From contig CAVNZM010000009.1 in the NCBI GenBank assembly GCA_963693365.1, positions 9,800,243 to 9,864,242 of the forward strand: DNA of 64,000 nucleotides, read 5' to 3'. The DNA comes from Amoebidium appalachense. Lineage: Eukaryota > Protista > Ichthyosporea. The notes under the pieces were generated by a model, which did no database searches, was not told the origin of the DNA, and saw only the letters and a list, made by a program, of their open reading frames with translations. Of the stretch, positions 56,518 through 64,000 are shown piece by piece; positions within the stretch are counted from its first letter, which is position 1; each line of letters starts with the position of its first letter. The position numbers were made by a program, and so were the translations under genes.

Positions 56518-57222
56518 TAGCCAAATCCTGAGATATATATATGTTTACTATACATGCAGCCTGATCAACCAGTTCGAATGATGTTTTGTTGTGAAAAAGG
56601 CACACTTGAGACTTGAGGGGATAAAAATTCATCAGGTGTACTAAACAATATTATGAGTATGCATGTGCAATCATGGTGTAGTATATTAATACACATAATA
56701 CCAAATTTCAGACTTTCAGGGTTGTCATTTGTCGCTTTGAACAATCTTTCTGTCGGGTTATCTAAATTCAGAACACAAGAAATCACCACTTACAGAGGCT
56801 TTGCTCCACATCAACACCGTCAACTGAATACCTTTTCTGGAATATATATATATTTTAAGTTTGAAAAAAATACTTCTCATTCGTCAACCATTCGGCAATC
56901 GATGTTACAAGCCATAACATGCCCCCTCTCCCCCCCCCCCCCCCCCCCCCCCCCTTCCCGCCCGCCCCCCTATCAAAACTTTCATTCGATTCAGAGCGTT
57001 TCATCATGCGCACATAGTACAGATATATCCCTAAACATTTTTCCCACGATAAAGAAAGTGAAAGTGAGACGGGGAGAAGGAGAAGAAGCTGGGGAGGGGG
57101 AGGGGGGGGGGGGGAAGCACGGGGGTGGGCAGAGGAGAATCATATGATATGGGGAGAAACATTGCCTTTGACGACAAATAACAACCCCCAGCCCTCACAC
57201 TAACCACGCCCTAATAAACGCC

Positions 57223-58398
57223 TCAAAAGAAAGAAACCAACTCATCATTCCCCATACGATACAACATGCTCAACTTCGAAGACCGAACACGGCCCCCCGC
57301 CATGACATCATCAAACACCGCAGTTACCAAATCAGGCAATAGCTCCATAGCGGGAAAATTCGCTAGCCACTGTTTGATTGGTCCGTTTTCAGGAATGTGC
57401 ACCAGGAAAATAGGAACCCCCCCTCTCCGAGCCGCCTGTATCATTTTCAGATTTGGGCACACGCTGCTCACCAATAAGCTCAGGTCAACACCATCCGTTT
57501 TTTTGTGCGAATTTTCCAATTCCTGAACGACATTCGGATTCGGGGACCTTCTATGCGCCTTGCATTGCACGTTGACTATAAGCGTTTTCCCGCATGGAAG
57601 CGTCCAGTCTCCCTTTAAGTCCACCCCACCATCCCCGGCGCCACCACAATGCTCAAGTTTAAACCCGAGGGGGTTTAACACATCCAAACAATGAAATTCG
57701 TAATCCCTCCCAATCTCCACTTTTGTGCGTGTTGTTTCGGGAACCGGCAATTTTTTGGGCGGCTTGTCACCTGTCGGTTGTTTTTGACGAGAAGACCTGT
57801 AATTCACATGAGCGGGCGTTATTACAAATGTCAAAGAAAAAAGTTGGGGTGAAAGGGGTAACTGAAGCATAGCAAGTGCCTTCCTAAAACATGTGGCAGT
57901 AACACAGAAACATAGGGGGGTATAGTAGAGGAGGGGGAAGGCAGCGCGAGAGAGGAAGGAAGAGAGAGAGGGGAAAGGAGAGAGAGAGGGGGGGAGGGGG
58001 GGGGGGGGGGGGGAGAGGGGGCAGACAGAAAACGAGAGAGAGGAAGAAGTCGTCCGATAGTGAGGCAGTGGGGAGCGTAGGGGGCGAGGGTAGAGGCGGG
58101 GACGGAGAGGGAGAGAGATGGGTAGGAGAAGAGGAGAGGGAGAGGGAGAGAGAAAAGGGGGGGGATGGGAGGGAAGGGGAGAGGGGGCGGCATTGTGATT
58201 GTGAAAGAGAGAGGGAGAGGGAGAAAGAGAGAGAGAGGGGGTGAGTGATGGAGGGGGAGAGAGGGAGCGAGAGGGAGGGGGGGGAGAGAGAGTGGGGGAG
58301 AGTGAGGGAGAGGATAGAGAGAGTGTGTGACGGAGAGCGAGTGTGAACATGTTGGGCATAGGGGAGAGGAGACGTGGGAGAAGAGGGTGACTGAGCAT
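57223..58398 (-). CDS. RRG7: RRG7/DUF2034-like restriction-endonuclease-fold (Mrr-like PD-(D/E)XK) protein, probably mitochondrial; 5' exon structure uncertain
   Basis: Main exon ~57796-57223: GRDYEFHCLDVL..LEHCGGAGDGGVDLKGDWTLP..VNVQCKA..PNVVQELE..LLVS. Candidate start MLSHPLLPRLLSP resembles a presequence; the intervening CT-rich tract is probably intron. Confidence 0.72.
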   Translation of the reverse strand: MLSHPLLPRLLSPMPNMFTLALRHTLSLSSPSLSPTLSPPPPSRSLSPPPSLTPSLSLSPSPSLFHNHNAAPSPLPSHPPPFLSPSPSPLLLPISLPLRPRLYPRPLRSPLPHYRTTSSSLSFSVCPLSPPPPPLPPSLSPFPSLSSFLSRAAFPLLYYTPLCFCVTATCFRKALAMLQLPLSPQLFSLTFVITPAHVNYRSSRQKQPTGDKPPKKLPVPETTRTKVEIGRDYEFHCLDVLNPLGFKLEHCGGAGDGGVDLKGDWTLPCGKTLIVNVQCKAHRRSPNPNVVQELENSHKKTDGVDLSLLVSSVCPNLKMIQAARRGGVPIFLVHIPENGPIKQWLANFPAMELLPDLVTAVFDDVMAGGRVRSSKLSMLYRMGNDELVSFF

Positions 58399-59388
58399 GG
58401 GTTTCTGCGCAATTTTGTACTTGCGCGGACATGCGCGTAGTGAACGTGAAAAAAGGAGGCAGAAGAAGTAAAGTGGACAACATGTCTTGTCAAACCCGCG
58501 ACGTTAAAACTATGCGTGAACACACAGCGCTGACAAGTCGATGATGAAACAAAGCGGATGCGGAAGAACTTACGTCAATTTTCCGTTGCCTGGTGCAGTA
58601 GCCAAGAGTCTCAACGGTGCGCCGTGTGCACAGAAGCACCTCCACAGCGGACGTGAAAGCATGTTGCGCAGTAAAGACATGGTGGGGTGTTCCAGAAGTT
58701 TCAGAATTATTTTGTGCTAAGTCGTCGAAAGACTGCCAAACCATGCCGCTTAGAACCCGCATACAGATTTCAACTCTGACTGTCTCTATGTATTATCCTA
58801 CTTCAAGCTCAAAAAAGAGAGCGTGTGACAGCTCCCTAGCGAAAATGTAACTGTTACAACCCAGCTGTACATGTGAGAGTGATGCTTCGACTTCGTAAGG
58901 CTTGTTCGCCTGTGTGGTACCTGTGTGACCGTTGAGGTGCAGTTGTCACCCTCGATGTTCGTGATCTGGGGAGAATCTACCGCGAGATAGCCATATATGG
59001 TAAGTGGCTCACCTCTGCACCAATCGGAGCGCTGCTGCTTCCGCATGGCGCGCACGCGCACGTTCGAACTAATATGGAGGCTTAGAAGTTCACTCAAAAA
59101 GAGAATAAACCTCAGTAGCTCAAGGTGTTGCCGTATTGGTTGAGATAGTGGCCAGGCACATAGGCCTCCATACGTCCCACAGCCACCGTGCTAGAGTGAA
59201 ATAGCATATAGCACCACACCATGCCATCGCAGGGCATCCTCATATGAATATCTCCAGTTTCCCTAGATACATCTCGACCCAGCTATCCTCTAAAACGTTA
59301 GATCCCCCCGGGTCTTCCCTTGGGGAGAAAAAATTACCCTCTCCATCACCAAGTTCACCCTTCCGCCGGGCAGGTGTTTTGTGCCGCC

Positions 59389-62814
<3,426 letters not shown>

Positions 62815-62912
62815 GTGATTCCCCCCCCCCCCCCCCCCCTCCTCCCCCCCTTCCCCCCCCCCCAAAAAAAAAAAAAAAAAAGGGGGGGGGGGGGGGTGGG
62901 GGGGGGGGGGGT

Positions 62913-62943
<31 letters not shown>

Positions 62944-63875
62944 GAAAAGACAAACCATAATAAAAAATAGTAGTAACAACAACAACGATTATAGTTTAAT
63001 CATGAATGAAAGGGAGTAAATCAGATGGAAACAGAGGGAAATGAAGGAGCGAGGAAGGAAAGATGACTTCAGGTTTACACGGGGGCCCGGGGGAGAGGGG
63101 AGAGGGGGGGGGGGGGGGGGGGGGGGGAGGGAGGGGGGGATGGGTGTGAGTGAATATCGCGGAACAAGGAAATGGGAGAAAACCGAATGGTCTCGAAATC
63201 ACTGAAAATGATATGGACTAAAGGGACAAGTCCGTATTTCACACTGATGAATTTTACTTCCAGCGATTTGCTACGTATGTGAGGACATTATTTAGGCCCA
63301 AATTAGGTGTCTGCCTGCACCAAATGGCAGTGCAGATTTCCATTTATGGGCAAAAGTGACAGCATGCAATTGACTTGTGTCAGGGTTTCCCTTTTCGATT
63401 CACGGGGTAGATATCAGCGGCCTTCAAAACGAGAAAAGTAGAGGAAATGAGTACGATTATAATTCTCGGATGCATGCGACATGGTTGGAGCATGGCATGC
63501 TACATGCTGCCATAGATGTTGGGCATAAGCTTAAAAACAAGAATAAGGTATTTGCAGGGTTGAATCTTCTTTGAATGGGTGTGATAATTGCGTTTTTTTC
63601 CCGTTATGCTCTCGTGTTCTCGGGTGGGAGGGGAAGGGGGGGGGGGGGGGGCGCAGGCAAGGGGTGGAAGAGAGATGTTTGGGGATGTGAGAGGAAAAGA
63701 GAGCCTCAGAGAGAAAGAGGAAGATGGAAATGAGGTGGGGTTGAGGGGTGAGGGACAAGGACAGAGGGAGAGTTGGAGGGCGGGGAGGGGGGGAAGGGGG
63801 GGGGGGCTGGGGGGAAGGAAAGAGCTAGATAGAGGTGAGGAAGAGGGGAAGGGATGATTCATTCCTTTATCCACT

Positions 63876-63906
<31 letters not shown>

Positions 63907-64000
63907 AAAAAAAAAAAACCAGTCCCCCCCCCCCCCCCCCCCCCCGCGCACACACATCATCGCTTCCACCCCCAAACAACCCCACACCCTCACTCCCGGG

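Noticed and set aside
54980-57150. Short non-repetitive ORFs between the ligase and RRG7-like genes
   Set aside because: No recognisable motifs or consistent splice chain

Overview
Eukaryotic genomic DNA with spliceosomal GT-AG introns packed with poly-C/poly-G, (CA)n/(TG)n and (CT)n/(GA)n tracts; most of the supplied ORF track is microsatellite noise. The left half (1-31.5 kb) is a nest of mobile elements. (i) An 18.8-kb Plavaka/CACTA-like DNA transposon (306-19120; 30-bp TIRs, 2-bp TG target duplication) carries a 9-exon transposase, a divergently transcribed multi-exon KDM4-like JmjC gene, and a single-HKD PLD/Nuc/Zucchini-like nuclease ORF nested antisense in a transposase intron. (ii) That element interrupts a Copia-derived Gag-protease ORF, which, once rejoined across the target duplication, ends in a CaaX-like CCVI-stop instead of continuing into integrase. 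(iii) A Copia RT fragment. (iv) A 7.9-kb piggyBac-like element (22336-30217; TTAT duplication, palindromic ends) whose DDD transposase has a YqaJ/lambda-exonuclease domain and a SAP domain inserted before the third Asp. (v) Three copies of an LTR-like promoter-bearing repeat. The right half holds a 14-exon compact ATP-dependent DNA ligase gene (42286-54741) with an inverted, decayed partial copy (31590-40090), an RRG7-like PD-(D/E)XK gene, and the 5' part of a mitochondrial leucyl-tRNA synthetase gene. Exon models and domain calls were made by eye from motifs; no database search was run. Several frameshifts sit next to homopolymers and may be sequencing errors.
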